This document shows, piece after piece, positions 10,229 through 25,057 of a stretch of 64,000 bases of DNA. Both the position numbers and the translations under genes were made by a program. Origin of the DNA: Bispira polyomma. Its lineage: Eukaryota. Position 1 is the stretch's first letter; the number at the start of each line of letters is the position of its first letter. Location: contig OZ287751.1 in NCBI GenBank assembly GCA_965649765.1, positions 59,768,001 to 59,832,000 of the forward strand. Reading direction: 5' to 3'. The notes beneath the pieces were generated by a model. The model was not told where the DNA came from. It did not search any database and worked only from the letters and a program-made list of their open reading frames with translations.

Positions 10229-13200
10229 TACAAAGTGTGTACATAAAACTGGATAAACATATAGAATATAGAATAAACTATTCCCAAAGACTGTTCTTAC
10301 TGTGTTATCCTGTAACCTCAAGATCACAAAAAGGGAACTGATTGGTATAAGTTCGTATTTGAAGCTAATTCTTCAAGGTAACAAGTCTGCATCTTTTGTT
10401 TATATTTGTATAATTTGCAGTGAATTTGTGATAGTTTAGGCCGTTTTCAGATTTTTTCAGACTTATTGCCATATTTTGAACTATATAAATCAACATAATG
10501 ATATTTTGAGAGGATAATAAATGTAAAACCACCTTTTTGGTGTATATTAAAAAAATATGTGACTGAGAAAATAAAATGCACAATACACACACGCCCTACT
10601 GGGCTCGTATTGTACTGATCAATCTATAATTCCAATATCAATGACCAGAGTATAGCCGAGTCACCAGACCTGTGAGGTGAGATACAAGTGATTGAGACAA
10701 GTAGCAGTATCAAGAGGTTAAAGTCAAACTGCACTACAAGTGCCTATGACTAACCTGATATAGCCAAGTACCATTACTTATATAAGCAGAGCCAAATGCA
10801 CCATAAGTGTGTAAGGTCTAGCCACAGATGTTAAGTTTTGATAGACACCATAGATGTGGTAAGTAATAGTGTGCATGTAAGTATGAGGAAGTATGAAGAA
10901 CTATAGTCTATAGTTTAGGCCTTTATTCACTATCATAAACATCACTATTAACCATTAGTATTTTTAGTATAATGTTAATACAATACACAACTACCATTAC
11001 ATCAAATTATATAACACATCCTTAAATTTCACAAGTATAATATGAAGCGAATAAAGGGGCTGACACCATTATGATTGCTTGCTTAAGATACTAAAACATA
11101 AATAAATTTAAAATTGTGGGTTAAGGGTGGGAGAAATCTTTTGCCTCCTATGTCAAATCCACTGACAACTGAATTGCCTCATCAATTTACAAGTATATAT
11201 GGCCAAGAAGCTAGTAGAACCCTATATTGGGCCCCAATGCGTATTGCATGATTACCCATGTGCTGATAGGTTAACAGTGTACTAAATGTGATACCATCCC
11301 ACTGATAGGTGTAAGGGAGGTCTGGTTGAACAGCTCAAGGCATGAAGGTATTTGAAATCTCAACAGTACCCCATACCCTATATAATTTCAATTAAAGCAT
11401 CTGCCCTTACCATGAACATCCCAAGGTTATGCCCACATGCACCCCCAGTAAGGACAAGTGCAATTAGTTCACTTCACCTGTATGTGTGATTCTATCACAG
11501 ACATATTATCAAAAGGTGAATTTGATACTTGTTCAGCATTTTACCTGACTTTGTTACATCAAGCCACATGACCCACATTTACATTCATATAACATATGTA
11601 TACACTTATAATAATTATATATATAATAAATAACATTCCCACATTATTGATTTATTTACATACGACTGAACTTCATCGTGTTCATCGTGTACATTTTAGA
11701 CAACCTTTTTATACCAATAAAGACCTCATGTACTTAGTTTCTATGACTCAGTTGCTGAATACTAAACATAGAATGAGTGGTGTAATTATAGAACTATTGC
11801 TCTATTGTACTTTATCTTACATATAACATGTTGTTACACAGTTAGCTATAGACTGTGTATAGTGAATGTATCATAGTAACAACTAGTTGTACTTGTCACA
11901 GTATTGGGCTATAGCATGTATGTAGTTGTAATGTAGCTTGCATGTAGTATGTACATCATAGTATCATCTAGTTGTATTTGTCCTTTTATAGATATCATGC
12001 TGTAATGATGTTGTACTATAGTTTGTATGTAGTGAATACATTATAGTTACAGCTAATTGTATTTGTACATAATATTGTTATACTGTTGAGCTATAGCTGT
12101 TGTGTGGAAATAAATCATACTTGGGTTTAAGGCTAGTGCATAATCTGCAGATGTATAGGCTTTCCACAACAACTCAAATGTTGCAAGTATATTTAAATAT
12201 CACTAACAGAAATGTACCTAAATGTGAATTGGTGTTAGCTTAATACAGAATTTATTACTGACATATGCCATTAATTCACAAAGATCTTAGATAATTTAAA
12301 GTAACGTGTGTTAAAAGTAGTTAGTGATTTTTGTTGGGAGTTAGAAGAGCTAGAAGAGTTAGAATAGCTACGGCTCTTTGGACAAGGCTGGATCCATTTC
12401 CCTTCCAAGAACATTCCAATTTAGGTGCCATCTATGGATGGCTTATATACAATATAATTGTAAATAATGGTAAATAAGATATGTTTAACCCAAATCACAT
12501 AATTGACTTCAATATTAATAAAACATGTACAAATGGACCTTATTAGAGGACACAATATGCATATAAATTGTACCTACATACATATAATGGTTTTACCGCA
12601 AACAAATTCTGTACATAAATACTAGGAAACCACATAATAATTTTTTTTGTTCAAGACTCTTTATACAAGGTAAAAACACTTCCATGCACCTACGTTAATA
12701 AGAAAATATTTTAATTTTAATGAATTTAGTGCTATTAATTACATGAATCTGTTCGTGTGTTTGTCTACCTGTTTTGTCTTAACTGTGTTTAAATGTCTGC
12801 AATGTTGTGAGTGCTTGCATATGCAATTTTATCTTTATGTAAACAATGAAAATTAGTAAAAAATATTTCATACATTTATAGAATTTTAGTCACAGAATAA
12901 TATGTTGTGTACAATGAAAATAAAATACTTACAACATTAATATAAGTTTAGTTTACATGTCAGTTAACGTGCTAATATGTTAGTCTAGAATACAAAAAAT
13001 CAAATTCTTTGCCATTTTGTACACACAAGTTTTCTTATTACATCAAGTAATTACCTTTATATGAGAGAGTAAACTTATTTTGAAATATGATACAGAGAAA
13101 TTCTTTTACATATAAACCCATTGGTGGGCTGTGAGTTCTGCATATGTATCGTACTTATCTTAATAGAAGCATCCTCGCTTATAAACATAACATATTTATC

Positions 13201-14591
13201 TTTGTTGTAAATTTAAAACATATCTCTGCGATAAAAAAATGAATAAATTTAAATTGTCAATAGCTGCATAACAAATCATTATGTATAGACCAAGTTTCAC
13301 AGTTTTTAATAATGGTTGCTGCTGTAGAACTTGCTGTCAATAGACTGTTGTCCTGACGCCCTACCTACTACATCTCTTCTCAGGCCCAGACTCAGGTTAT
13401 TCTGACTCACACTCTGACCATCACTTAACACCTCAGCATAATCATTCTCAGAAGAGGACCTCAGATGGTGGGGCACAGATTTGCGGGGAAACTTGATCTC
13501 ATACCAGACCTTCAACTGACTGCCAATCCAATGTCTCCTCTGATGCCTGTGTTGTTCTATCCTAGAGGGAGTTGTACTGGTGTGGCTGTAAAAAGAAGGG
13601 TTTCTACCTGAAATAATTAAAAGATAACAGCTCTCATTATCATAATATCCTACAGTTTATTTATAATATTAATGTATAGACTCATGAACCTTTTCCTTTG
13701 ATTAGGCTACTCTTTGTTAGATAGTGATTGCCAGAGGATGTCTAAACATTGTTTGTAGCACTGAAGGATTTGGTATTAACATAGCATATTGTCTTGTAGC
13801 ATTGTAGCATTTATATGTTTAGTAAAGATGTCATGTCTAAGTCATATTAGAACTTAAACTTTGTATGCACAGTTGGTGAACTCCCAAAACTGGGGAAGAC
13901 ATGTACCAAACATTACAGATACATCAAACAAAACTGTTATTGCTCAGCATCTAAGGCTGCTATTGGATTTACTTTTATCACTGCATTTTAGTGTGCTTTT
14001 ATTTTGTTGCCATGGGTTTTGTTACACGTAAAGTCTAGACCAAGCATTTAGTTTTGGTCAAGCATTTCCACCCAATAGCTCACCTCTACTTAAGTAGTCA
14101 GTGCTTCGTGTCACCTGGCTAGTGGAGCCAAATCCATGGTTGTCATGGGAATGTGTACTGGTGTTGTAGTCAACATCACAAAGCCTACTCTTTACAGGGT
14201 TATTATGCTTTCTGTAAAAAAGAAGTGCGATCACTTAACCACTACTGGCCAGTATTATTATAATTTCTTGAAAATATAGTCGGAATAGCTTAGATTAATA
14301 AACTTAGGGGAAAATTGAAGAATTGTAAATATCAAGTACCAATTGAGCAGTACAAAACATCTGATTGTAATCATCGCTAAATTTTTAAATTTGAATTTGG
14401 TTGGGTTTTACTACATTTTTAACAGCTTACCTCATATAATGAGGACACAATGGAGGAAGCAAGTTCTTTTGCACTCTGCAAAGCACTGGCCTATGGCAAG
14501 TACAAAGTTCCCACCTGAAGCAACAGATCGATTTGAACCCCCATTGGTGAGAGACCAAGGATTATGAAGTGCAAGCTTCTGACCACAATAG

Positions 14592-14592
<1 letters not shown>

Positions 14593-14665
<73 letters not shown>
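14593..14665. repeat. (TA)n microsatellite, about 36 units
   Basis: Direct reading; absent from the paralogous position in copy B (~53575). Confidence 0.95.
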
Positions 14666-14671
<6 letters not shown>

Positions 14672-14743
14672 TCACATAATCTGATATGGTACTCCTGTAT
14701 TTAACCATTAACTGTTTTTAATGTTAACAATCTGAGAACTCAC

Positions 14744-14898
14744 CTGTTCTTCAGGAGACAGATCAACACAGCAACAACAATGAAGATAAGGATGAGTGCA
14801 GCTGTAGAGACACCTGTGGCTACAAAGATCTTTTGTGCTGGATTCAGACCTGTGTCTTCTGCGTCAGCATCCCTCACAGTCACATGGAAGCCTAAAAT
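14744..14898 (-). CDS. Copy A exon 24: transmembrane helix
   Basis: IFVATGVSTAALILIFIVVAVLICLL followed by KNR. Confidence 0.85.
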
Positions 14899-16289
14899 CT
14901 AGACAACACAGCACATTCCATATAAACTAGAAATATTGTAACTCTTGTTCATCTTGATATTAACGTATATTTTTATGTATGATTCACTGATGCAAAGAGA
15001 AAATTTTCAGAAAGGCACAGACTAATTTTTCTGTAATACAGTCTCATGTCACTTAACCAGACTAAGGAAAAATCATATATGATCCTATCATCTGTATAAC
15101 GGTTGTATCTCTCAATTAGTCAACTTTGTAAATTGATTGATAGGCAAGATACATATTTAATGTATTTAATTTTATGCAGGAGCTATTTTTAAGTACATAA
15201 AGTCTGTAAGCTGCATCTATAACAAGTATAAAATACATACTTCATCTATTGTGTCTTTCTGCTGTCTGATTGCCTCAACCATAATATCTCTGCTTACATA
15301 GATCTGTGTGGCTTCACGTTTAGATCTAATCCCACAAGGAGATGCCAATTCAGTTCTGAGGACACGTCCAATAATTTGTATTCTGAAAAATATTTACTAC
15401 ATAGGGTACCTACTACATATGGCCATACATATTTGAACCTAAGTGAACAATATAACTCTCAGAATCAAACTCTGTAGCCAAAATGAACTACCTAATATAC
15501 TACCTACTATATGATCTAAATAGACATTTATATAAAATACAAAACAAGGTTTACACAAGAAATGGTAAATAGTAATAGAGGAAACTAGAAACCATCATTA
15601 AATTTGACATTTAAATGTATTACACATAATTTTAAGGTGTGATATCACTTACATTATTTCAGTTTCTCCAGTTTCTTTTGGGAAACCATTCGCAAGGTAT
15701 ACATTGTGTGTTCCAAAAATATTGAAGATTTCTGATGATCCACTACAAACAAAACATGTATTTATGACTGATCCTTGATATCTACAAATTACATTTAGCT
15801 TACAAACTCTAACACTTCAGACACAGTATAAACTTTTTTGTGGCTCTGAAAACACTACATTTGAGACAAAATATTGGCAGAACATATTAATTCTGACATT
15901 AGGTACAAAATGGTAACTGTGCCAAAAGTAGCCAATACAAACATGTTAATATAGTTATTCTATAAGCATAACAAACAATGTCAGGACTCCATACAAAATT
16001 GTCCTTACTGGGAATACACATGTTAAAGGTCAATGACTTTAAAACAGTCTAGTTGCTATTATTCTGCAGTGTACACATGGTAATGTTTGATTAAAGAGAT
16101 CCATGGAGTATTTGTGTTATCTTATATTTGTCTCACCTGTAGGTTTGAGTAGCAGAAAGCATTCGACAGCATTTGGCATTGTTATTCGTGCAGTAATCAT
16201 TGACACCTTCAGACACTAACTCTAGAAATCTATCTTCTTCTTGTAAGAACTGTAAAGAAATAACAGTGCTAAATTTAAAAATGGGGTCC

Positions 16290-16490
16290 TCGGGGATATA
16301 TCTTCAGTTGTGGGTTTGAATCCTGGTATTTATGTGGTAAAGTGGACAGTTAACTTATTAAAGACTGGTGGGTTGCAGAGCAGAAATCCATAACAAACTA
16401 TGGTGCTAACATGCTCTGATTTTCTCCACCACTGAAATGCCTGTTGCGATATAAAACAAGACATGTTGAAAGTCGCTGTTAACCTAACTT
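16290..16490 (+). mobile_element. Degenerate tRNA-derived SINE-like fragment (also in copy B at ~55230-55430)
   Basis: B-box-like gggtttgaatcctgg and a 3' tail tttctccacc..gatata..gttgaaagtcgc..ttaac resembling invertebrate SINEs. Confidence 0.35.
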
Positions 16491-17522
16491 AAGCTAAATT
16501 TATTCCAGAAAGTACTGTAAATTGTTGCAGTCGGTCTGCTTTTTCTTTCATGTTGCATAGAACATTTTGGCAGGGTATTCAGAATTGTCAGTATTTCTGA
16601 ATAAAGTTGTATATATATGTACTACATATTATGAAATTACATAGATCAAACCAGTAGCTATGAAATTATCAACACTACTCCATATTATGGTGGAGAGATA
16701 AAGATTTTCAATTTAGAATTATATTTGTATGCTAGAATGAAATTAGAGTCCATCCTTACCTCTATCATGGTTGGTCCAGTCACCTCTGCTACTGCTCCAT
16801 GGTCAGATTCCTCAGATTTTGCTGTTGTTAGAGACATATTGGTTTTGACAATTAATCTAATTTAGGTTTGGTAAATCAAAATTAGTTGATGTACATGTGA
16901 AAGTTGGACATTGTTTCTGCAATTTAAACAGTAAATTGTATTCCTTCATTACTTACTTTAAGTTGAGTCCACCAAATGTATATATATGTATTAATTACTC
17001 TGTATAAGTGCCATTGATGAACATAATCATGAGGGCTCTACTTTTAACTACTAAACCAATCTAAGTATACACTACAAGTGTAAAATGAAGATATTATCAA
17101 TACATACAACATGTGTGTTTCATCTTAGAGCCACCATATCCCTATCCCACTACAAGTATTTCTATTCCCATATGAATGCTTAACATATATTTAACATGTA
17201 TACAAACACATGTATACAACACATATACGATCCTATCTGCCACTATGGCCTAAAGGCTAACATACTAGCTTATGAACGCAGTTGGGTTAAATCTTAGCCT
17301 GGGGATAGATAAAAAGTGGGGGTCTTATATTATTGGTTCTTATTGTCAAAAATTTGGAAATGTTCATCATCAAGCATCTCCTTCAGTTAAGGCGATGACA
17401 TTAATTGTTTCTGGTTGACTATACTAGGACAGTCAATAAAAGGTTAATGTGCTCTTTGGATACCAGATAAAGGTAGATATATGTGCAGAATATAAATTTG
17501 TATTGTGATCATATTTAAATAC

Positions 17523-18839
17523 CTGGACATGCCACAGAATTGCAGACTCTGACTTCAATGTCATTCCCTTCACAAGTATCTGTCAACAGACATGTCCTTT
17601 GCCTGTTCTGACGTCCATAGTCACAGGTTTTCGAGCAGGTGGTATATGCTGACCATTGGCTCCACACACCACTTCTCACATCAACATCACAGAGTTGCCC
17701 TGTGTAGTGAGCTTCACAAAGACACTTATAACCAACGCCAATCACTTGACATGTGCCATGTTCACATGGAGAGGACAGGCAATACTCTAACATTGTTTCA
17801 CAGTTTTTGCCAGTAAAGCCATCTACACAGTTACAAGAATAGTTGTCCATCCCATCAATACAGCTTCCATTCTCACAAGGATGGCTGCTACATTCATCGA
17901 TATTGGTTTCGCAATTTATGCCGGTGTAGCCTGGAGTGCACTCACAAAAGTACTGGTTTATGTCATTGTTACATAATCCGTGATGACAGGGATTACTTAA
18001 GCATTCATCAATGTCTTGATCACAGTTGACACCATCGAATCCACTGTTGCACTCACAACTATATGTATTTATGCCATCAACACAGTTACCATGTAAACAC
18101 AGGGAACTTTGACACTCATCTATATCCTCTTCACATAAAGTACCACTGTATCCAGCATTACAAGAACATGCAAACTTGGCAACAGCATCAGTGCAGGAAC
18201 CATGGATGCAAGGATCAGACAGACATTCATCTAGTTCATGTTCACAATGCTGTCCTGAAAAGCCATCGTAGCACTGACATTGATAAGATGCAAGGGAGTC
18301 CATACATTCACCTTTTACACAAGGTGATGAAAAACATTCATCCACCTCAGTTTCACAGTGGCTTCCAGTAAAACCTTCCAAACATTCACATTTATAGTCA
18401 GTAATGCCATCTATACATGTACCTTTCCCACAGACCACTCCATCACAGTCATCAATATTTATCAGACATAGTTCACCTGTAAAACCTTCAGGGCAGGTAC
18501 ACTGGTACTTACCACTGCCATCTGATGCTAAAGGTATGCAGATGGCATTACCTGGACATGGACAATCAATCACAGTCAGATTCACCAATACAATTGTATT
18601 TAGATTACAATCATCTATCAGTATAATTGGTACCGACACATTTTGTGTCAAGCTTCCTTTCCATAGTAGTGTGTTATCCTCTTGAAGTTCCACATATAAA
18701 CTATCTGACTGACTCTGTAAAGCAAACCTTAAAGCTCTACCTTCCGGGTCAAAGCTGTGTTCTCCAATCTGGATAATTACCTCTTCATCCATTATCCTCT
18801 GGTACATAGATGAGATATTGTGCACAGGAGGATAATTGT
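17523..18839 (-). CDS. Copy A exon 19: 8 EGF-like (mostly Ca-binding type) repeats plus a TSP1 domain
   Basis: Repeated (D/N)IDEC.S.PC..G.C.D....Y.C.C..G(F/Y).G..C; WSQWSAYTTCSKTC..G.Q.R.R.C; 1317-nt phase 1-1 exon. Confidence 0.95.
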
Positions 18840-21800
18840 CTGTAACACATTGATAAAAAGTATTTAGATAGCTGTTAGTTGTTTATACAGGTTACATTAG
18901 AATGTAACTTTGCAAGTAGGATTGAAAACAGAATGTTTTAGAAATATATAAAGGATCATGTCGATATTGATAGAAATAACATTTTGCTTATAATTTAAAC
19001 AATATGTATGACACACTACTATTGTTTCCCTTTAAATTAATAATATCCCAAAAATACACATAATTAGTTTTTGTACTTTTTAATAGGGTTTGTAAGATTT
19101 AACTACTTCCTATTGGGACTTAAACAACGATTTGTATAAAAAAGTAGTGTCTAGTATACATGACTTTCAGGCTTCATATTATAATATATCTATAAATACT
19201 TAATATTATGTCAATTACATATCATCCAAAGTATGCAATGTAGAATATATTTGTCACTTACATGGAGAAGCAGACCATGTCTCTTTGCCAGTTGTTGGAT
19301 CACACAGCAAACAATCAGTGTCAGGATTGAGGTCTTCAGGGTCATAGCAAGTACCATCAATGGAGCACATTGTACTCTGTGTTAATATAGATTAGACCCA
19401 AGTTAAACAAAAGTCCATCAAATGAAGAAGAAATTTGTGCTCAGTACAGCATACATATTCACGGTAAACATCTAGTTAATGTCATGTTTTCACTGTAAAG
19501 TGTGATCAGAATATAAACAGCATGAAGCAGTCAGTAACAACTACTTAAAATAATGAAGATTTATATAAACTATATAGCTGTTTGAAATATTATCTGGCAT
19601 TATAATAATATTAGTGCTATTTTACTTAGTTGGGACAATAACACAATTTCTGGTAGTATGTCAACCAGTTCACCTATATATATCGCAGACCATCGAGAAC
19701 AGAAACAAGTAAATTAGTTTGAAATTGCTGTATGTAACTCTTTGCCACAGAGCAAGGATATCACAAGCAGTTTGATTGTACATGAAACTATTGGAAAATG
19801 TTTGAGTCCAATAAGTAGCATAAAGCAACATGGAGTAGCAAAGACAAATATTTCATGAACCTTGTAGCGTAGTTCAGCCAGGGAACCTCTATCAGAACAA
19901 TACCACATGCACATGCACAATTACACATACCACAACTTGACATTCCTGTACAGCAGAGCACTGAATACAGCTCCCATTAAACACTGTCATTACTCCTGGT
20001 GTACCAAAGTCCTGTTCATTCTTTGTGACACTGATGTGAAATGTTAATAGATTTAGCTCTGAGAAGATCTTAGAAGCTGGCAACACACACAAAAGTTGAT
20101 CCTGACCTTGGAAGCTGGCATTTGTGAAAAAAGTGTCGGCTGTCTCTGCAACCTTAAACCACAAAATCAATTTATTTTATATTGCAAACTTATTTGGAAA
20201 TACTAATAGACACAATCACACAATAAACAGACTGAGACCCAAAACGAAAAGACCTTTTTGTATAATGTTAAATACTGTCGAAAAGCAATATTAAGGCAAT
20301 AGGTTTTATGTTCCATTGTAGACTCGGAATTACCGTACCATTTTTACTAGTACCATTTGGACTGTACCTACACCAAGTGAAAACACTAATTACAAACATT
20401 AACTGTATTCTACCTCAGAACTTTGATTCTCTTAATGTATCTTTTTATAATCTCAACATATCTATTTGCTTCTGTGTGTGAAGCGCTAAACCTCCCCTCC
20501 CCCAGAAGTAGGGAGATAAAGTACCTGTATTTTACACGTGAAGTTTGCTGTTGCTGCTAGGTTTTCCACCCCGAGAAGTACACTACCACAGAGCTGTATG
20601 TGTGTATCACACACACCACTGTTAGCCACTGACACCACATTAGGGACAGAGGAGGAGTTTACAGAACAATCCACACCTTCAAAGCCTAAAATAATCAAAT
20701 GAAATTCTTTATGAATGAGTTCCAAAAAATCAGCTTTTGAAAATCATTTTTTTTTTATCAGACTATAAATAATATAGTATGATACTCCATGAAATATATA
20801 TATAATACTAATAAGTTCCCTCCATATTTGGAAGAATCTGGTTCAACACCTGGTGCACCAAATGTTAAATCTGTTCCAAGCATGTGGTAGGTTTTCTCAT
20901 AATGGAGGCATCCATTTATAATTGTGCAACCAACCATGCACCACGGAACACAAAGTACTACATTAATTGGTATGATTAGGAAGTTTGTGAGAAGAATAAG
21001 CAAAGTTTATGACGATGCCACACTCTAGGGGATGATTGTGAAACAATGTGCAATGTTTTGATCAGGATGGCTAAAATCATCTGTGTAGGTGTGACCTAGG
21101 CATCAGTCAGATACCCCTTTAGGCAGAGGTAAAATTATTGTATCACATGATACCCTTTCTATTTCATAATACCAATTTTAGTAGATGTCCTTTATTCTTG
21201 TTGCTGTTTAACTTTCAATCAGGTTCAATAATGTAATAAGTGGTGAACTACATATATCATTTCATCTACTTTAAAATATGCACTGAAATATTCTTTGTTG
21301 TCAAACTTCTACTAAGAGTGGTTTCAAAACTCAAATGTATATATATATATATATATGTTCTTCTATTGTTCTATACAGAAATGCCTCTATTTTGCATTAT
21401 ATTAACTTAACAAAATCTACCTGTACTAGGATATTCGAATAATGGAGGTTATATAGCTATATAGCTACCTTGATGGCAGTGACAGACAGCGTTGGCACAA
21501 GCCCCTTGCCCACTGCACTGGTTAGTACAGATGTCAGCTGTAACTGCCTCCACTAAACCTACCACCACCTGGCTGATGTCTACAGCTGTGGTGTTCCCCT
21601 CACTCTCTGTGACATTAGACTGAAGGATGACCTGGATACAGTTCTCTCTCACCTCTTCTACCTTGTCTGAGGCCCAGTCCAAGTCATCACTGACCTAATG
21701 CACAGAGAGAAGAGTTAACTTATAAGTAACTGCTAGTGCCTACCACCTTGGGATGCCTAAATATTTTAAACTATACTCCAAATGCATCAAACTGAATGGA

Positions 21801-22575
21801 ATGAAACTCAATACTTTAAACATTCTATAAATTTACATTTCTTCTTGAAAGTGTGGTGTGTAGAGATAGGCATTGTAATTATAGGGCAACATGGCTATAT
21901 AACATGATATAACAGTAGGATTTACCTGTATGTCTTCTACACACTTTGCTATAACTTTATCCAGCTGTGTAGTGTAGGCAACACAGCCTGCCACTGCCTC
22001 AGTCAGAGATGTATTACAGTGTATCCAGGCTTGATCTTCTGTTATACCTGAAGCAGTGGGCCAGTATACACTGATCTCATTGGTGGAGTTAGTGTCATAG
22101 TTAAAGTTACCAGGATTATACACATAGTCTACATTATCTGTCTCCTGACCAATAGACAGACTCCGTTTTCTCCTCTTTCCTAAGGTCCCAATAGAGATAA
22201 ACACAAGACTGGTGGTGATTGGAAACTGGGCATTTGTGATAATGTTGTACACCAGCTGGTCTATGACACTTCCACAAGGAATTTCTTCCTCGAGTGCTTT
22301 CAAGGAGCAGTAGCAAAATACAGATACACCAGAAACACCAGGTGTTAGTGGATCGGGATCCCTCTCAAAGAAAGTCTGGCCTACAGGGATCCTGTAGGAA
22401 AGATGAGTGAAATTGTGATTGATAAATGCATTGTGTTTTAAACTAATTAATTATACTTAGCAATTTTATAATAGATGAGCTATATGTGTCTGCTTGTACT
22501 TAATATACATGCTAGAAGAAAATAATGCGTTCCCCACCCATTCAGTATGGAGCTTTAGTAGATATGCTCTGTTAC

Positions 22576-25057
22576 CTCCAACTATTGATGAAATCATCAA
22601 GTGCAGTGGCATCATCTACAGATGCAACAGCGTCAGAATTTCTGAATTTCAGGTCATTTTGTCTATTGTTGTCATAGGTTCCACATAGTCCCTCTGTCTT
22701 TCCAAAATCTTGTCCCAGTACTCGCACAATGACATTCATCCCCCAGGAGTAGACGTAGACATTGGCATATGCACCAGAAGGAGTACTGATCTGTGGAAAA
22801 AAATGGCTTGGTTTGTTGTAAGTGGGGATATAGGTTAACTAGGGCAAACACTTCAGTAACTATTCTGGATGACCAAGGCTATGTAAATGTGTAGGTTTAT
22901 AGTATGATATCACCCCGATTGAGGTCTCGTCCAACCTTACAATTTACACCCCAGCCAGTTATTCACTCTCAGCTCCCAGAGAGAGCACACTAGCCATGCA
23001 GTCACATTCAGCACAAAGACTAATTTTAAGACCCATTAGTGGTCAGGTACCCACTCAAACCCACGGGTGCAGAGGGACAACTTTGTGTGAAGTACCTTGT
23101 CCAAATGGTAGAATATCCAGGCCAGCAGCGAAGATTAAACCTGGGACCCTCTGATCCAAAGAACAACCAGGTCAAAGAGACCACACTAAACCTGTTGTGT
23201 AATTAATGGTTGACATCCCAATAGGGATATTACCTTAAAGACTTTAAAAACAGGCTGACAACAGAAAGCATATAGTATTTTATCAGCTTAATCACATACT
23301 TAAGGTACATGTCATTTGAATACACTGAGAAACTATTTATAGTATTTAGCAGATTTATTGTAGAGTTTTAATATTATATTACAGTCAAATCAATTTTGTT
23401 TCATAGCTTACAGTGTGTGCACTGCCACCATTTGAGGTAATTTTCATGCCCTGTGTTAGTTGTCCAGTACTTGAGGCAGTTCTGTGGAGTTTCTTCACTG
23501 TTGTTGTGTTACACATATCCATGATGAGTACATCATTACCTTCCCTGACTGCCACAGCACACACACATGCTACAATCACACCTCTGCTGCATTTCTGGGT
23601 GCGTATATGAACCTAGAAACACAACAATGAACTGATAAAATGCCACAGATGACTTAAATGAGAGCATTACATAAATAAGTCATATAGGTAGACATTGTTT
23701 ACATAAAATAGATGCTTTCTGACTAGATTTACAGACGATGCACCTAAAGTAACATTATTACTAACAAACAATGGGTGCATAAAACATTACAAAACTTGAA
23801 GTTCTGTTTTTAATTAATTACAGTAGAGAGCTTCCATCATATTAATGACACACTAGGAGCAATGCATGTTATCAGATGAAAACAAATATCCACACATGTT
23901 TGATTTCACGTCAATGTTTTAATTTGACATAACACAAATGATGTCTTGGACATACATCAGTAAAGATATTATATTCACTGCTCTCTTGCATGTATCACTA
24001 TAATGGTACATTTATGATAACTCTCCAGCATGGATTTTGTGGTTCACCTCAAATTCTCGAACACTGTTACTTTTGACCATCACTAACTGTCCTGTTAGAT
24101 ACTCATTGTAATATCTGCAAATACATACAATACCTTTGCAATCCTAAAAGTTGAAATTTATTTACATATCTGCCACTGTGGTCTACTAGGTAATTGGTAT
24201 CTGTCTTTGACCACAAGGTATATAGAATGGCGGTCCTCTGTCATGGGGTATTGGGTTCAATCTCTAGTAGCAGGCTAAAGAACCAAAATGGGACATTTTA
24301 AAATGGTCATCTTATACATATCCGTGAATGTGGTCCAGTGGGTTACTGGTCTCAATCTAGGACCACCAGGTATATAAAATGGAGGTCTTCTGTCTATCAT
24401 TGGGTATTAGGTCGTATCCCCAGTAGCAGGCTATAGCACCTTGGGGACATTGTTAAATGGTTCTCTTCAAGCCTCTGTCTTCGGTTAGGGAGAATGACAG
24501 TTACTGTTGGTATTTAGCTCTACTTGGTCAATCATGAAAAGGTTAATTACTGAATAAAATATACAGGTAGAAAAATTTTAATACAAGAAATGCAGCAATA
24601 CAATATCAGAAACATGATCCTGCTTTATCTTCCAATATTATCTGGGTGCTGGTTCAAAATCATTCTTAGTTGCAGCACCTGCTGAGTGGAATAGCCTCCC
24701 TACCAGTCTTCGGACTGAGACAAGCATCATGGGCTTCAGAAAAAGACTCAAAACACATCTGTATCAGCTCGCTTTCCCACCCTAGCATGCATCTGATGGT
24801 CACGACTGAATCTCTGATCGTGAACCTTTTTCTGTCTACCGGACTATGCTCTTGCACACTTACTAGGATAGCGCCACAAAGGATACCTGGTCATCGATTG
24901 TGGCACTATAGAAGTAAAAACATTAACATTAACATTATGTATCAGCAACATTTCAAATTTAACATGTTACTTACAGGTTGTCAAAAGTAGTCATTCTTGG
25001 ATCTCCACTTGCTACACAAGAAGCCCCAAGTTCACTTACAGGATCGTATCTGTAGAC
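22576..25057 (-). CDS. Copy A exons 10-13: VWD domain (span includes introns)
   Basis: CVASGDPRMTTFD, ACVCAVAVREG, TEGLCGTYDNN..ND, FINSWR. Confidence 0.85.
22915..23185 (-). mobile_element. tRNA-derived SINE-like element (copy B equivalent ~62265-62560)
   Basis: Minus strand of the B copy reads gtggtctttgtggttagag..ggttcaatc (A and B boxes), followed by a CORE-like ttggacaaggtatttcac. Confidence 0.5.
24641..24935 (+). mobile_element. 5'-truncated CR1/L2-type LINE 3' end, specific to copy A
   Basis: Translates to GSKSFLVAAPAEWNSLPTSLRTETSIMGFRKRLKTHLYQLAFPP*, a typical ORF2 C-terminus; (cattaa)n tail; empty site ccaatattatgtatc in copy B (~63767-63781). Confidence 0.85.

Larger units (their letters stand above)
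5550..10340 (+). mobile_element. YR retrotransposon 2 (Ngaro/PAT-like, heavily degenerate)
   Basis: gag remnants ~5700-6418, RT/RH ~7300-8880, YR 8892-9859. Ends with agggaactg (10332-10340), the same 9-mer that ends element 3. Likely starts at agttcct (5550). Confidence 0.85.

Noticed and set aside
13480-13515. ITIM in the cytoplasmic tail (VWYEIK)
   Set aside because: The Y+3 residue is Lys, so it does not fit the ITIM consensus; only DYAEV fits YxxV.
17515-18825. Notch, Delta, Crumbs or fibropellin orthologue
   Set aside because: Only the EGF repeats are shared. No DSL, LNR, ankyrin, laminin-G, CUB or avidin domain was seen, and the flanking exons encode VWD, NIDO and TSP1.
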